Program-made: the position numbers and the translations under genes
Source: Polyangiaceae bacterium
Lineage (GTDB): Bacteria > Myxococcota_A > Polyangia > Polyangiales > Polyangiaceae
Reading direction: 5' to 3'
NCBI GenBank assembly: GCA_043755175.1
Contig: JAYUUB010000002.1
Coordinates: forward strand, 12,067 to 76,066
DNA: 64,000 nt
Notes under the pieces: model-generated
What the model saw: only the letters and a program-made list of their open reading frames with translations
Database searches by the model: none
What the model was told of the DNA's origin: nothing
Shown here: positions 45,211 through 55,108 of the stretch, in pieces
Layout: each line of letters begins with the position of its first letter
How positions within the stretch are numbered: position 1 is the first letter of the stretch

Positions 45211-46147
45211 ATGCGCCGAGCGATCGGAAACGTCTGTAGCGGTCTTCGGTGAGTGCGCTCGGGCTCATCGCGCAGAGCGAGTCGAGGTGCGCACCGAGGA
45301 CCGCGTCGAGGCGTCTCGCCGCGTCGTCGTGATCTTGGTGGGCTCCGCCCGGCGGCTCGTCGACGATCATGTCGACCACCTTCAAAGCGAGCAAGTCTTG
45401 CGCAGTCACGCGAAGCTGCTCCGCGGCCTCGTCTGCGCGGGACCCGTCTTTCCAAAGAATCGCAGCGCAGCCTTCGGGGGAGATGACCGAGTAGCAGCCG
45501 AACTCGAGGACGAGGACCCGGTTGGCGACTCCGAGCGCGAGAGCGCCTCCCGACCCACCCTCGCCGATGATGGTCGCGATGATGGGGACCTCGATGCGCG
45601 CGAGGACGGCGAGCGCCGCGCCAATCGCTTCGCTCTGTCCGCGCTCCTCGGCGCCGATCCCGGGATACGCTCCCGGGGTGTCGATGAAGGTCAGCACAGG
45701 GAGACCGAAGCGCGCGGCGAGCTCGTAGATACGAACCGCCTTTCGATACCCCTCGGGATGGGGCATTCCGAAGTTGCGCTTCATGTTTTCCTTCGTGCCA
45801 CGACCCTTTTGATGGCCTACGACCGCGACGCTTCGCCCGTGGTAGGTCGCCAGGCCAGCGACGATGGCTGCGTCTTCGGCGAAGCGGCGATCACCTTTCA
45901 TCTCGATGAAGTCGGTGAAGAGACGCTTGGTGTAGTCGAGCGTGTAGGGACGATTCGCGTGGCGCGAGAGCTGCACCTTCTGCATCGGAGTGAGATCTCG
46001 GAAGATCTCTTTGGCGAGTCGGCCGGTTTCGACCTCGAGCCGCGAGAGCTCGTCTCGAAGGCTCGGGTCTTCGACGACCAAGGTACGCAGCTCACGCATG
46101 CGCTCGACGAGATCGACGATCGGCTTCTCGAACGACAGTACAGCCAT
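45200..46147 (-). CDS. accA: acetyl-CoA carboxylase carboxyltransferase subunit alpha
   Basis: 315 aa with LSRHANRPYTLDY, GHQKGRGTKENMKRNFGMPHPEGYRKA and FIDTPGAYPGIGAEERGQSEAI. Confidence 0.95.
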   Translation of the reverse strand: MAVLSFEKPIVDLVERMRELRTLVVEDPSLRDELSRLEVETGRLAKEIFRDLTPMQKVQLSRHANRPYTLDYTKRLFTDFIEMKGDRRFAEDAAIVAGLATYHGRSVAVVGHQKGRGTKENMKRNFGMPHPEGYRKAVRIYELAARFGLPVLTFIDTPGAYPGIGAEERGQSEAIGAALAVLARIEVPIIATIIGEGGSGGALALGVANRVLVLEFGCYSVISPEGCAAILWKDGSRADEAAEQLRVTAQDLLALKVVDMIVDEPPGGAHQDHDDAARRLDAVLGAHLDSLCAMSPSALTEDRYRRFRSLGAFIE

Positions 46148-46436
46148 CGCGTCCTTCTTACTCCAGCTCCTCGGGGGGCGTCACGTCGCCTCGACGCGAA
46201 AACAGACTCTTCGCGTTTCGCACTGCGTCACTCGAGGAGGCGCGCTTGGGTGTTCGCTCGGCTTCCGGAGCGTGGCCCGTTCGCTCGTGCGTCAGCTCTC
46301 AGCGCACGCGTCTGCCTTTCTTTCTTCCGATGGAGCTGCGACCGCTCGCGAAACTTTGCGGCGATGGCCCTGGGATTCGGAGAGGCGTGGGCTCGGAAAG
46401 CCGTGGCTCGAAGAGGCGTGGTTCTCGACGAAGAGA

Positions 46437-48704
46437 TCAGGTCGAGATCGCGCTCGTCGGCTCGGCCAAGAACGCGTTCGCCGGGACCTGCACCTTGAGC
46501 GCGGGTCGGAGGACGTTGAAGATGCGCAGCGGCTTCTCTTTGCCCTTCACCTTGGCAGGGTGGAGCTCTTCGATGTCGAACCGGTTCTTCAGGCGCACGA
46601 GCGTGTTCTCGCTCACGATGACCTGTCCGGCGAGCGCGTGCGAGCAAAGGCGAGCCGAAGTGTTCGCGGTGTCGCCGATGACGGTGTAGCTGAGCGCCTT
46701 CGAGCTGCCGATGTAGCCCGCGACGAGCGGCCCGGTGTGAATGCCGATGCCCACCGCGAGCGGCGACTCGTCTTTTTCGAGGCGGCGACGGTTCAAGTGG
46801 CCGAGCGCCTCCCCCATCTCGAGCGCGCACTCGACCGAGCGGAAAGCGTCTTCGGGCGTCTGCAGCGGCGCGCCCCAGAGGGCCATGATGCCGTCGCCCA
46901 TGAACTTGTCGAGCGTGCCGTCGTACTTGAAGACCGTGTCGACCATCGTCTCGAAGTACACGTTCAACATCTCGACGAGCGCTTCTGGGCTGGTGCTCTC
47001 GCTCATCCGCGTGAAGCCACGGATGTCGCTGTTGAAGACGGTGCACTCTTCGACGCGTTGACCTCCAGGCTTCACTTCGAGTCGCCCGCTGATGACCTGC
47101 TCGGCGATGTTCGGCGAGAGCAGGCGGCTCAAGCGCTCGCGGCTCACGATCTCGGCCTCGACCTTCTTGCCGAGGATGTTGATCTCGATGAAGCGCGCGG
47201 CCTGGTTCGCCACGGTCTGAACGAGCTCGAGGTCTTTGGCTTGAAAACGCGCGAGCGTCTCGGAGTCGAGCCAGAGCACCCCGAGCACTTCGTTGTCGTG
47301 TTGGAGAAGGGGCGCGACGATCGCCGAGCTGATCCGGTTCAGGATCATGCTCTTTCCCTTCGACGCAGCGAAATCCATCGCGGCGTCGTGCGTGAGAACG
47401 GCGGCGCGCTCTTTCACCACGTGATCGAGGATGGTGGAGCTGATCGTGATGGGACCGGTGGTCCCGTCGCGTCGCTGCGAGGCCTGCGGCCGGAGCTCGC
47501 CGTTCTCGTCGCGCAAGAAGATGACCGCGCGATCGGCGGTGATGAACTTGAGGACGCTGGCGAGAATCTTCTCGAGGAGCTTGTTCGTGTCGCGTTCGAT
47601 GCCGATGGCATGCGAGAGCTCATGCGACAGACGAAGACGCTCGTAGTCGGCGCGCAGCTGGTTGATGTCGTTCGCGATGCGGTCGAAAGCGAGAAAGCCT
47701 TTTTCGACGGCGTCGATTTGGGTTCCAATCTGACGGGCCTGATCGCTGACGTCGATGCGGGTGCCCTGGGCGACGAACGACCCGACGACCGGTGCGCCAC
47801 GCGCCGTGACCTGCGGCTGTTGCTGCGGATACCCCGTGCCTTGGAGCATGTGCCGCGGAGCATCGAGCGGTGCCGTGCCACCGGGCCGCATCTGTTGCCC
47901 CATCTGGGACGAAGCGAGATGCGGCGCGACCATCTGCGGCGGCGCAGCCTGACCGTACTGATTCTGCGGCGCGTTCTGGTTGTAGGTCGAGGGAGGGTAG
48001 CTGGGCGATTGAGCGCCCGAGCTCGGCGGCGCACGCCCTGGAGCGGATCCTGGGTAGGCCTGGGTCGAGGGCGGCCCGACTCCCGACGGCTGCGGGTAGT
48101 TCTGCTGCTGCTGCGGCGGACGCCCAAATCCGATGTTCTGCGACTGAGCCATCGGCGAGGAGCCGCCAGGCGCCTGCATGGCCGATTGCATGCCGGGACC
48201 CTGCACACCAGGCGGCTGCATGGGCTGCATTCCAGGCGGCTGCATTCCAGGCGGCTGCATTGCAAGCGGCTGCATTCCAGGCGGCTGCATTCCAGGCGGC
48301 TGCATTCCAGGCTGCGGTGGCGCTCCTTGCTGGCCGGGCTGCCAGCGCTGGTAGCCTTGCCCCGCGGCCGCAATCAGCTGGGCATTCGGCTGGACCGCGG
48401 AAACGCCTTGCAGAGGGCTCGATCCGTCGTCGAAGCGGCCTCGAGTGGCGCCGAGCGCGATCTCGTCGCCGTGCTTCAGCGGAGCTTCGCCCCGGACCCG
48501 CTCGTTGTTGACGTAGGTCCCGTTGAGGCTCCCGAGGTCTCGCAGGACGAAGTGATCGACTCGTTGCTCGATGATGCAGTGCTCTTTCGAGACGATCTTG
48601 TCGAGCAGCTGGATCGTGTTGTTGGGATGCCGGCCCAACGAATTGACCGCGCGCAGATCCACGGCGTGGGTGCCTTCGGCCGTCGTCAGGAATAGGCGCG
48701 CCAT
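46437..48704 (-). CDS. FHA domain - Pro/Gln-rich repeat linker - GAF - class III adenylate cyclase
   Basis: FHA (LGRHPNNTIQL..VSKEHCII...DLGSLNGTYVN), a GMQPP repeat tract, a GAF-like region (LEKILASVLKFITADRAVIFLRDENGEL) and a cyclase domain (VFNSDIRGFT...DKFMGDGIMALWGAP...GDTANTSARL). ATG 48704 is preferred. Confidence 0.88.
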   Translation of the reverse strand: MARLFLTTAEGTHAVDLRAVNSLGRHPNNTIQLLDKIVSKEHCIIEQRVDHFVLRDLGSLNGTYVNNERVRGEAPLKHGDEIALGATRGRFDDGSSPLQGVSAVQPNAQLIAAAGQGYQRWQPGQQGAPPQPGMQPPGMQPPGMQPLAMQPPGMQPPGMQPMQPPGVQGPGMQSAMQAPGGSSPMAQSQNIGFGRPPQQQQNYPQPSGVGPPSTQAYPGSAPGRAPPSSGAQSPSYPPSTYNQNAPQNQYGQAAPPQMVAPHLASSQMGQQMRPGGTAPLDAPRHMLQGTGYPQQQPQVTARGAPVVGSFVAQGTRIDVSDQARQIGTQIDAVEKGFLAFDRIANDINQLRADYERLRLSHELSHAIGIERDTNKLLEKILASVLKFITADRAVIFLRDENGELRPQASQRRDGTTGPITISSTILDHVVKERAAVLTHDAAMDFAASKGKSMILNRISSAIVAPLLQHDNEVLGVLWLDSETLARFQAKDLELVQTVANQAARFIEINILGKKVEAEIVSRERLSRLLSPNIAEQVISGRLEVKPGGQRVEECTVFNSDIRGFTRMSESTSPEALVEMLNVYFETMVDTVFKYDGTLDKFMGDGIMALWGAPLQTPEDAFRSVECALEMGEALGHLNRRRLEKDESPLAVGIGIHTGPLVAGYIGSSKALSYTVIGDTANTSARLCSHALAGQVIVSENTLVRLKNRFDIEELHPAKVKGKEKPLRIFNVLRPALKVQVPANAFLAEPTSAIST
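48225..48314. repeat. coding 15-bp tandem repeat x6 (CTGCATTCCAGGCGG) encoding GMQPP pentapeptides
   Basis: Units at 48225, 48240, 48255 (variant), 48270, 48285 and 48300 (variant). Confidence 0.9.
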
Positions 48705-48975
48705 GGACCTCAAGAGCTTATCGGGGGTTTCGGTGAACCACAATCACTCGTCGCAGGCCAGAGGCACCGGAAGACGCTTCCATGCCTTCGCCGACTTCGC
48801 TCACCCAGCGTCACCCGGAGGGTCTTCGGGCGAGGCCCGCAGCGCCCCACCTCCCGCGACTCGAAGAACCGTCGCAGGCCCGTCGACATTCCCGCCCACC
48901 CTCGCCCGGAGGCTTTGGGATCGGGCCCGCTTTTGTTGCCCGGAACCCGAGAAAAGTAGCAATGACTCCGGCAGG

Positions 48976-49989
48976 ATGTCGATCACTGTTCTCATCCATG
49001 GGGCCACGCGCCCCACGGGCGACGCGAGCGGGAAATCCGTCGCCACGCTGACGTTCGATGCCCCGCGCATCGTTCTCGGTCGTGGGGAGGGGTGCGAAGT
49101 TCGACTTCCCGATCCGAGCGTCAGCCATCGACACGCATCGATCCGTCAGCGAGGGGCCGAGTACCTTCTCGTCGACGAGGGGAGCACGAACGGAACGCGG
49201 ATGGGACGGGTGCTTCTGTCGGCGCATTCCCCTCGCGCGATCCGATCCTCCCAGATCACGCGGATCGGTCGGGTCTGGTTGGAGCTTCGCGTCGAGCCGG
49301 CGGCACCCTCGACGGGATCGGCGGTCGCTGCCAAGGAAATCGCGCTCGATCTCGTTTCCGAAGCGCTTGCCGAGCAGGGGGAAGATGCTCGACCTCGCGT
49401 CGTCGTCGAAGAGGGACCCGACGCGGGCGCCGAGCTTCGGATCGACCCGGGTGTCAGGCATGTCGTCGGTCGTTCGAAAGACGCCCACTTCCCTCTTGAA
49501 GATGCTGAGCTGTCGCGTCGCCACCTCGAAATCGCGCGCAAGGGTGACGTCCTCGTCGTTCGCGATCTGGGCTCCAAAGGCGGCGGCCTCCTCGGCGATC
49601 GACCTCTCGGGACGACCGATCTGGTCTGGAAGCCTGCCGACCGCCTCACGATCGGTCAGACCGTGCTGCGCTACAGCTTCGATGCGGCCGAGGCGCTCCT
49701 GGAGATCGAGCGGAGCCCCGACGAAAAGCTCACCCCTGCCGACCTCGAGATCGGTGAAGAGCCGGAGATCGCTGCGCCCGACGATCCGGTGATCGACGAC
49801 TTCGACGAGCAAGCGTTGGCGACGGGCGTCTCCACCGCGCTCACCGCGCAGGAACCCGAAATCGAGCGTATGAACAGCACGAAACGACGTCGCGGCTCGT
49901 CTTGGGGCGTGACGGATTTCGCCGTGGTCTTGTTGGCGCTCGGCGTGGTTTCGCTCAGCGCCGTCGGCTACTTCGCGTTGCTGCATTGA
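48976..49989 (+). CDS. double-FHA-domain protein with a C-terminal TM anchor
   Basis: ATG 48976. FHA1 is LGRGEGCEVRLPDPSVSHRHASI...DEGSTNGTRM, FHA2 is VGRSKDAHFPLEDAELSRRHLEI...DLGSKGGG, and the C-terminal helix is FAVVLLALGVVSLSAVGYFALL. Confidence 0.8.
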   Translation: MSITVLIHGATRPTGDASGKSVATLTFDAPRIVLGRGEGCEVRLPDPSVSHRHASIRQRGAEYLLVDEGSTNGTRMGRVLLSAHSPRAIRSSQITRIGRVWLELRVEPAAPSTGSAVAAKEIALDLVSEALAEQGEDARPRVVVEEGPDAGAELRIDPGVRHVVGRSKDAHFPLEDAELSRRHLEIARKGDVLVVRDLGSKGGGLLGDRPLGTTDLVWKPADRLTIGQTVLRYSFDAAEALLEIERSPDEKLTPADLEIGEEPEIAAPDDPVIDDFDEQALATGVSTALTAQEPEIERMNSTKRRRGSSWGVTDFAVVLLALGVVSLSAVGYFALLH

Positions 49990-50000
49990 ACGTCGCACCC

Positions 50001-50026
50001 CGAGCCGCTCGAAAGCGAGCGGCTCG
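50001..50026. terminator. perfect 11-bp hairpin between convergent genes (candidate bidirectional terminator)
   Basis: CGAGCCGCTCG-AAAG-CGAGCGGCTCG, 12 nt after the FHA-FHA stop and 18 nt beyond the rnr stop. No U-tract follows. Confidence 0.45.
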
Positions 50027-50043
50027 CGACCGGCCGAACGAGC

Positions 50044-52392
50044 TCAGCGCTTCGGTCGTCGACCAGGCTTCTTGTGGGCTCTGCCTGCCGGGGTCGCCGA
50101 GCTCTTGCCCTTGGGGCTACCGCTCGGCATCGCCGGGTGATTCGCGGTTCGCCCGCTCTTCTTGGTCGCGCGCCTCGCGGGCGTGACGGCCTTGCCTTCA
50201 CGGTCTTCGCTTCCGCCGATGCGCCGTCCGTAGACGGTTCGCCGGAGGATCGCTACGTCTTCGATGATGACCGAGACGCTGTCGCCGATGTCGATGCGAT
50301 CGCCGGACCGAACACCGACCATGGCCAAGCCTTGCTCGTCGAGCTCGTAGACGTCGGTCCCGAGGGCTTCGCTGCGAACGAGCACCTCGACGTAAGGCTC
50401 GTCGATCGTGACGAAGACGCCGCTCCCGACGAAACCGGTCGCCGTACCCGTGTACAGATCGCCGATCTTGTCTTTCATGAAGAGGGCTCGATAGAGATCG
50501 ACCACTTCGCGCTCGACCTCCATGCCACGCCGCTCACGCTCCGACGCGGTCACCGCGGCGAGGCGCAACGTCTCGACGGCGGCTTCGGATCGGTCGACCT
50601 TCTCGTTGCGGAGCACCGCGCGAACCGCACGGTGAACGACGAGGTCGGGGTAGCGACGAATCGGCGAGGTGAAGTGGAGGTAGGCCTGCGATGCGAGGCC
50701 GAAGTGGCCGATGTTCGCCGTGTCGTACACGGCCTGCTTCATCGAGCGAACGAGCAGCGTATCGAGGATCGATCGACGCGGATGCGCGTGCGTCTTCCGG
50801 AGAAAGCTCGAGAGCTTTTTCGGATCGAGCGCATCTTCTGGATCGAACGGGACGTCGAGCCGCGCGCACATGGCCGCGAAGCGCTCGATCTTCTTCGGAT
50901 CGGGCGCGGCGTGGTTTCGGAAGATCGTCGGCACGCCGTGCTCGACGAGAAAGGCCGCCACGGTTTCGTTGGCGAGAAGCATCAGCTCTTCGACGATCTG
51001 GTAGGCCTTCGCCACGCCCGGATCCCGCGCTCGCTTCACGGCGTCGAGCGGTCCTTTCGTGACGGGATCGACGACGATCTTCGCTTCGGGGAGGTTGAAG
51101 TCGAGCGCACCTCGCTGCATGCGCTTCGCGCGAAGAAGGCTCGAGATGTCGCGGAGCACGCGCAGATCGTCGCGCATCGCTTCGGCCGCTTCGCTGACCT
51201 GAGGGACCGTCGTGAGACCAAGCGCGCGCGCGACCCCTTCGTAGGTGAGCTTCGCGCGAGAGCGCATGAAGCCTTCGATGACCTTCGATTGCGTGACGAT
51301 GCCCGTCGCATCGAGGGTCATCTCGATGCACAGACAGAGCCGAACGACGTCGGGAAGGAGCGAGCAGAGGTTCGACGAGAGAGCTCGTGGAAGCATCGGA
51401 ATCGCGCGATCGGGTAAGTAAATCGAGTTGCCACGGGCGAGCGCCGCGGTGTCGAGCGCGCTGCCCGGGGTCACGTAAGCCGACACGTCGGCGATCGCGA
51501 CCCACACCCGGTACGTCCCGTCTTCTTCGCGAACGGCCCACAACGCATCGTCGTGGTCGCGCGCGTCTTCGGGGTCGATCGTGGGCAGAGGAAGATGGGT
51601 GAGGTCGACGCGCCCTTCGAGCACGTGCGCTGCGACCTCGCGTCCGAACGCCTCGGCCTCTTGCACTGCCGCGACGTCGTGCGGCTCGACGATCGAGTGG
51701 ATGGCGAGGATCTTCCGCACTTCGACGTCGGGTGTGCCAGCCGGACCGAGCACTTCTTCGAGCACGCCTTCTGGATTTTCGCCGGGGCTCATCGGAAAGC
51801 GCGTGATCCGCGCGATCGCGACGTCGCCGTCGTTGCCGTCGCGAGGCGCATCGGGCATCGCCGCGAGGTTCGCCGCCGGAACGAGCACGACCGGACCGCG
51901 AATGCGCGAGTCGTCGGGCTCGATCCACGAGCTCTTCCCACGGCGCCTCAAGGTTCCTGAGATGCGTGCGGCGCGACGCTCGACAACCTCGGAGACGGCG
52001 CCTTCGGGGCCGCGGTGCGAGGTGGCGACGATGCGCACGACGACCTTGTCACCGTGGAGCGCGCCACCGACCGCTTCGGCCGGAATGAAGATGTCGGGTG
52101 CATCTCCCTCGGTCGCGACGAACGCGAAGCCGCGTGCATGCGCGTTCAAGAAGCCGGTGATGGCCTTGTCGCGCGACATCTTCGACTGCTTGTCGGAGAG
52201 CGCGAAACGCTGTCCGGGCAACGGAGTGACCGTGCCGTCGAAGACCAGGTCGTCGAGCACGCGGCCCAGCGCCGGAATCATCTGGGGGGCGATGGCGAGG
52301 CGGTCGGCCAGCTCCTGAAAGTGGAGGGGCCTCTTGAACCCGGTGAGCAGGTCGATGACCGACGCTCGTCGGGGTGTCTGTGAATCCGTCAT
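50044..52392 (-). CDS. rnr: ribonuclease R
   Basis: RNB-domain motifs (DPEDARDHDDALWA, FTSPIRRYPDLVVHR), a C-terminal S1-like segment and a basic tail. ATG 52392 is preferred. Confidence 0.93.
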   Translation of the reverse strand: MTDSQTPRRASVIDLLTGFKRPLHFQELADRLAIAPQMIPALGRVLDDLVFDGTVTPLPGQRFALSDKQSKMSRDKAITGFLNAHARGFAFVATEGDAPDIFIPAEAVGGALHGDKVVVRIVATSHRGPEGAVSEVVERRAARISGTLRRRGKSSWIEPDDSRIRGPVVLVPAANLAAMPDAPRDGNDGDVAIARITRFPMSPGENPEGVLEEVLGPAGTPDVEVRKILAIHSIVEPHDVAAVQEAEAFGREVAAHVLEGRVDLTHLPLPTIDPEDARDHDDALWAVREEDGTYRVWVAIADVSAYVTPGSALDTAALARGNSIYLPDRAIPMLPRALSSNLCSLLPDVVRLCLCIEMTLDATGIVTQSKVIEGFMRSRAKLTYEGVARALGLTTVPQVSEAAEAMRDDLRVLRDISSLLRAKRMQRGALDFNLPEAKIVVDPVTKGPLDAVKRARDPGVAKAYQIVEELMLLANETVAAFLVEHGVPTIFRNHAAPDPKKIERFAAMCARLDVPFDPEDALDPKKLSSFLRKTHAHPRRSILDTLLVRSMKQAVYDTANIGHFGLASQAYLHFTSPIRRYPDLVVHRAVRAVLRNEKVDRSEAAVETLRLAAVTASERERRGMEVEREVVDLYRALFMKDKIGDLYTGTATGFVGSGVFVTIDEPYVEVLVRSEALGTDVYELDEQGLAMVGVRSGDRIDIGDSVSVIIEDVAILRRTVYGRRIGGSEDREGKAVTPARRATKKSGRTANHPAMPSGSPKGKSSATPAGRAHKKPGRRPKR

Positions 52393-52550
52393 TCGTTTTT
52401 CGTCTTTTCTCTTTCTCAATCAATCGAACCCGGAGCACGGGCGTTCGCGCTTCGGGGTCCCTTCTAGTGGCAAGGGACGCAGCCCGGAGCGTTCACCTGA
52501 CGATGGCGCTCCCGTGCCGACTGCCCCGTGGTATGCGAGGCTCTCGGTCG

Positions 52551-53732
52551 ATGAATCCCGCCCGTCTCATTCTGCTGATTCGAGCCGCGCTGGTCGCGGC
52601 CGTGATGGCGGCTGCCGCTCTCATCATCGACTACCAGAACCCCGGCGATCCGGCGTTTTGCGGAGTCGAGTCGGCGTGCTTGCAGCTCCGTCGCTCGACC
52701 GTCGGCCAGGAGATTGCCGAGCGGCTCTATCCGCTGAACCTGCCGCAACTCGGGCTCCTGTCGTTCGTCGTGTTGCTAGCGTTGTCGTTCTTTCAGAGCT
52801 CTCGCGCCCGCGTTCAGGTGTTGGCTGCCGCGTGCACGCTGGGCGGGCTCGGCGCTGCTGGCCTCATCGTGGCGCAGGCGTCCGCTCGCATCTTCTGCCT
52901 CTACTGCATGATCGTCGATACGTCGACCCTCGTCGCCGCCGGCGCCTCGCTCGCGCTCCTGTCGAAGCTGAAGACCGAGGCCGATCTCGCGAGGCTCTTG
53001 ACCCCGTCGATGCGCTGGGACGTGACCTTGCGTTGGTTCACGGCCATCGCCGTCGCGGTGGGCGGTCCGTTCATCTGGGCACGCTACCCCGTCGTCCCCG
53101 CGCTGCCGGCGCCGATTCAGGCCTTCCAGACACCCGGCAAGCTGACCGTCGTGAGCTTCACCGATTTTCAGTGCCCTTACTGTCGCCTCACGCACCCGAT
53201 CCTCACCGCGCTTCGGAAACGCCCCGACGTCGATTTTCACCGGGTGATGGCCCCGCTCGAGTTTCACCTCGGCGCAGAGCCCGCTGCGCTCGGCTACCTC
53301 TGCACCCCCGAAGACCGACGTGACGAGCTCGCCGAGCTCCTCTACGCCGCCGACGAGACGCACCTCACGACCCCAGGCGTCGTCGAGATGGCGCGCACGC
53401 TCGGAGTCGATGGTGACGCGGTCCAGGCGTGCATCGACTCCCCCAAAGCCCACGAGAAGCTGGCTCTCGAGAAAAAGATTTTCCAAGACGCCGGTGGCGC
53501 CGGCCTGCCGACTACGTACATCGGTCGCAGCGTGATCGTCGGCTACGACGTCGAACGCTACAAACGCGTCATCGTGAGCGGCGACCCAGGCTCGTTCTCG
53601 CTCCCCGTGTGGGCGCTCTTCGTGCTGACGGGGCTTTCGATCCTGTGGGCCGTCGTCTCATCTCTCCGCGCGCTGAAGGGCCCCCCGAAAGGCGACGCGC
53701 TCCCACCCGATCCTGTTTCGACCGAGGCCTGA
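52551..53732 (+). CDS. VKOR (vitamin K epoxide reductase-like) - DsbA/thioredoxin-fold fusion protein
   Basis: The VKOR part has the loop Cys pair FCGVESAC and the active site FCLYCM within multiple TM helices. The DsbA-like part has FTDFQCPYCRL. A C-terminal TM helix follows. The start is ATG 52551 or 52533. Confidence 0.8.
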   Translation: MNPARLILLIRAALVAAVMAAAALIIDYQNPGDPAFCGVESACLQLRRSTVGQEIAERLYPLNLPQLGLLSFVVLLALSFFQSSRARVQVLAAACTLGGLGAAGLIVAQASARIFCLYCMIVDTSTLVAAGASLALLSKLKTEADLARLLTPSMRWDVTLRWFTAIAVAVGGPFIWARYPVVPALPAPIQAFQTPGKLTVVSFTDFQCPYCRLTHPILTALRKRPDVDFHRVMAPLEFHLGAEPAALGYLCTPEDRRDELAELLYAADETHLTTPGVVEMARTLGVDGDAVQACIDSPKAHEKLALEKKIFQDAGGAGLPTTYIGRSVIVGYDVERYKRVIVSGDPGSFSLPVWALFVLTGLSILWAVVSSLRALKGPPKGDALPPDPVSTEA

Positions 53733-53759
53733 ACCGGTCTCCGGAAGGAAATCTGCCAA

Positions 53760-54971
53760 GTGACTCAAGACTCCGACGACGACTTCGCCTCCGTTCCGCC
53801 GCCTCCTCCACATCCAGACGAAGAGCCAGCGCAGAACCTTTCACACCGTTCGACGCCGACGCTGCCGCTCTCGTTCTTCGAGCAGTTACCTAAGACCGAT
53901 TTGCATGTGCACCTCGATGGCTCTTTGAGGCTCGAGACGATTCTCGATCTCGCGAGAGACCGACACATCGAGCTGCCCTCGACCGATCCGAACGAGCTGC
54001 GCCGCGCGATGAACCTCGGACAGAATTGCGGGTCGCTCGTCGAGTACTTGAAGGCGTTCGACGTGACGCTCCGCGTTCTCCAGCACCAAGACGCGCTCTT
54101 TCGAGTCGCCTACGAGCTGGCCGAAGACGCCGCGCGCGAGAACGTCCGCTACATGGAGGTTCGCTACGCGCCGATGCTGCACACCCGCGAAGGCCTTCGA
54201 TTGACGAGCGTCGTCGAGGCCGTCCTCGGGGGGCTCCGCGCTGCGCAAGACGATCTCGGTATCGAGTCGAACGTCATCCTCTGCGGCATCCGCAACGTCT
54301 CGCCCGAGTCGTCGCTCGAGATGGCCGAGCTCGCCGTCGCTTACAAAGGACGAGGCGTCGTCGGCTTCGACCTCGCGGGTGCCGAGTACGATCACCCTGC
54401 GAAGCATCATCGCCGCGCGTTCCAGCTCGTGCGCGACAACAACATCAACGTCACGATTCACGCGGGCGAGGCGTACGGACCCGAGTCGATATCGCAAGCG
54501 ATTCACGTCTGCGGCGCCCATCGAATCGGCCACGGATGTCGCCTGCGCGAAGACGGCGATCTCCTTCACTACGTCAACGATCATCGCATTCCGCTCGAGT
54601 GCTGCCCGTCGAGCAACGTGCAGACCGGCGCCGTCGCGAACCTCGCGAGCCACCCGCTCAAGTTCTATTTCAACCTCGGGCTCCGCGTGACCGTCAACAC
54701 CGACAACCGGCTCGTGACCGACACCACCGTGTCGAAAGAGCTCTGGATCTGCCACACGCAAATGGGTCTCACCGTCCCCGACATCAAGAGCATCATCGTC
54801 GCCGGCTTCAAGAGCTCGTTCTTGCCGTTCCACATCAAGCAGTCGTACTTGCGACAGCTCTCGCAAGATCTTCCGCGCTTCTCGGACGACGGCACGATCG
54901 CCCCGCCGCAGGCCCCCTCGAGTGGACGACACGACGGCCGCGCCGGTCGGCGAGCCGACGCGCGCGGCTAG
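53760..54971 (+). CDS. add: adenosine deaminase
   Basis: LPKTDLHVHLDGSLR, HAGE, CPSSN and VTVNTDN motifs, with an acidic N-terminal extension. The exact start is uncertain. Confidence 0.9.
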   Translation: MTQDSDDDFASVPPPPPHPDEEPAQNLSHRSTPTLPLSFFEQLPKTDLHVHLDGSLRLETILDLARDRHIELPSTDPNELRRAMNLGQNCGSLVEYLKAFDVTLRVLQHQDALFRVAYELAEDAARENVRYMEVRYAPMLHTREGLRLTSVVEAVLGGLRAAQDDLGIESNVILCGIRNVSPESSLEMAELAVAYKGRGVVGFDLAGAEYDHPAKHHRRAFQLVRDNNINVTIHAGEAYGPESISQAIHVCGAHRIGHGCRLREDGDLLHYVNDHRIPLECCPSSNVQTGAVANLASHPLKFYFNLGLRVTVNTDNRLVTDTTVSKELWICHTQMGLTVPDIKSIIVAGFKSSFLPFHIKQSYLRQLSQDLPRFSDDGTIAPPQAPSSGRHDGRAGRRADARG

Positions 54972-55022
54972 CCTGAAAGGCTCGCTCGAAGAGCGCTCGC
55001 CACCGCCGACACCCGAACGACG

Positions 55023-55056
55023 AAGGGCTCCGATTTCTCGGAGCCCTTTTTCGATT
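55023..55056 (+). terminator. rho-independent terminator downstream of add
   Basis: AAGGGCTCCGA-TTTC-TCGGAGCCCTT forms a perfect 11-bp stem followed by TTTCGATTTCG. Confidence 0.7.
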
Positions 55057-55108
55057 TCGTAAGCTGTGAGAAGGCTAAGCACCGCTCTCGACGAGCGGAA
55101 AAAAACTT

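Noticed and set aside
45990-48695. 901-aa plus-strand ORF, the longest in this area
   Set aside because: It is antisense to accA and the FHA-GAF-cyclase gene. Both of those have clear family motifs and this ORF has none.
53886-55082. 398-aa minus-strand ORF
   Set aside because: It is antisense to adenosine deaminase.
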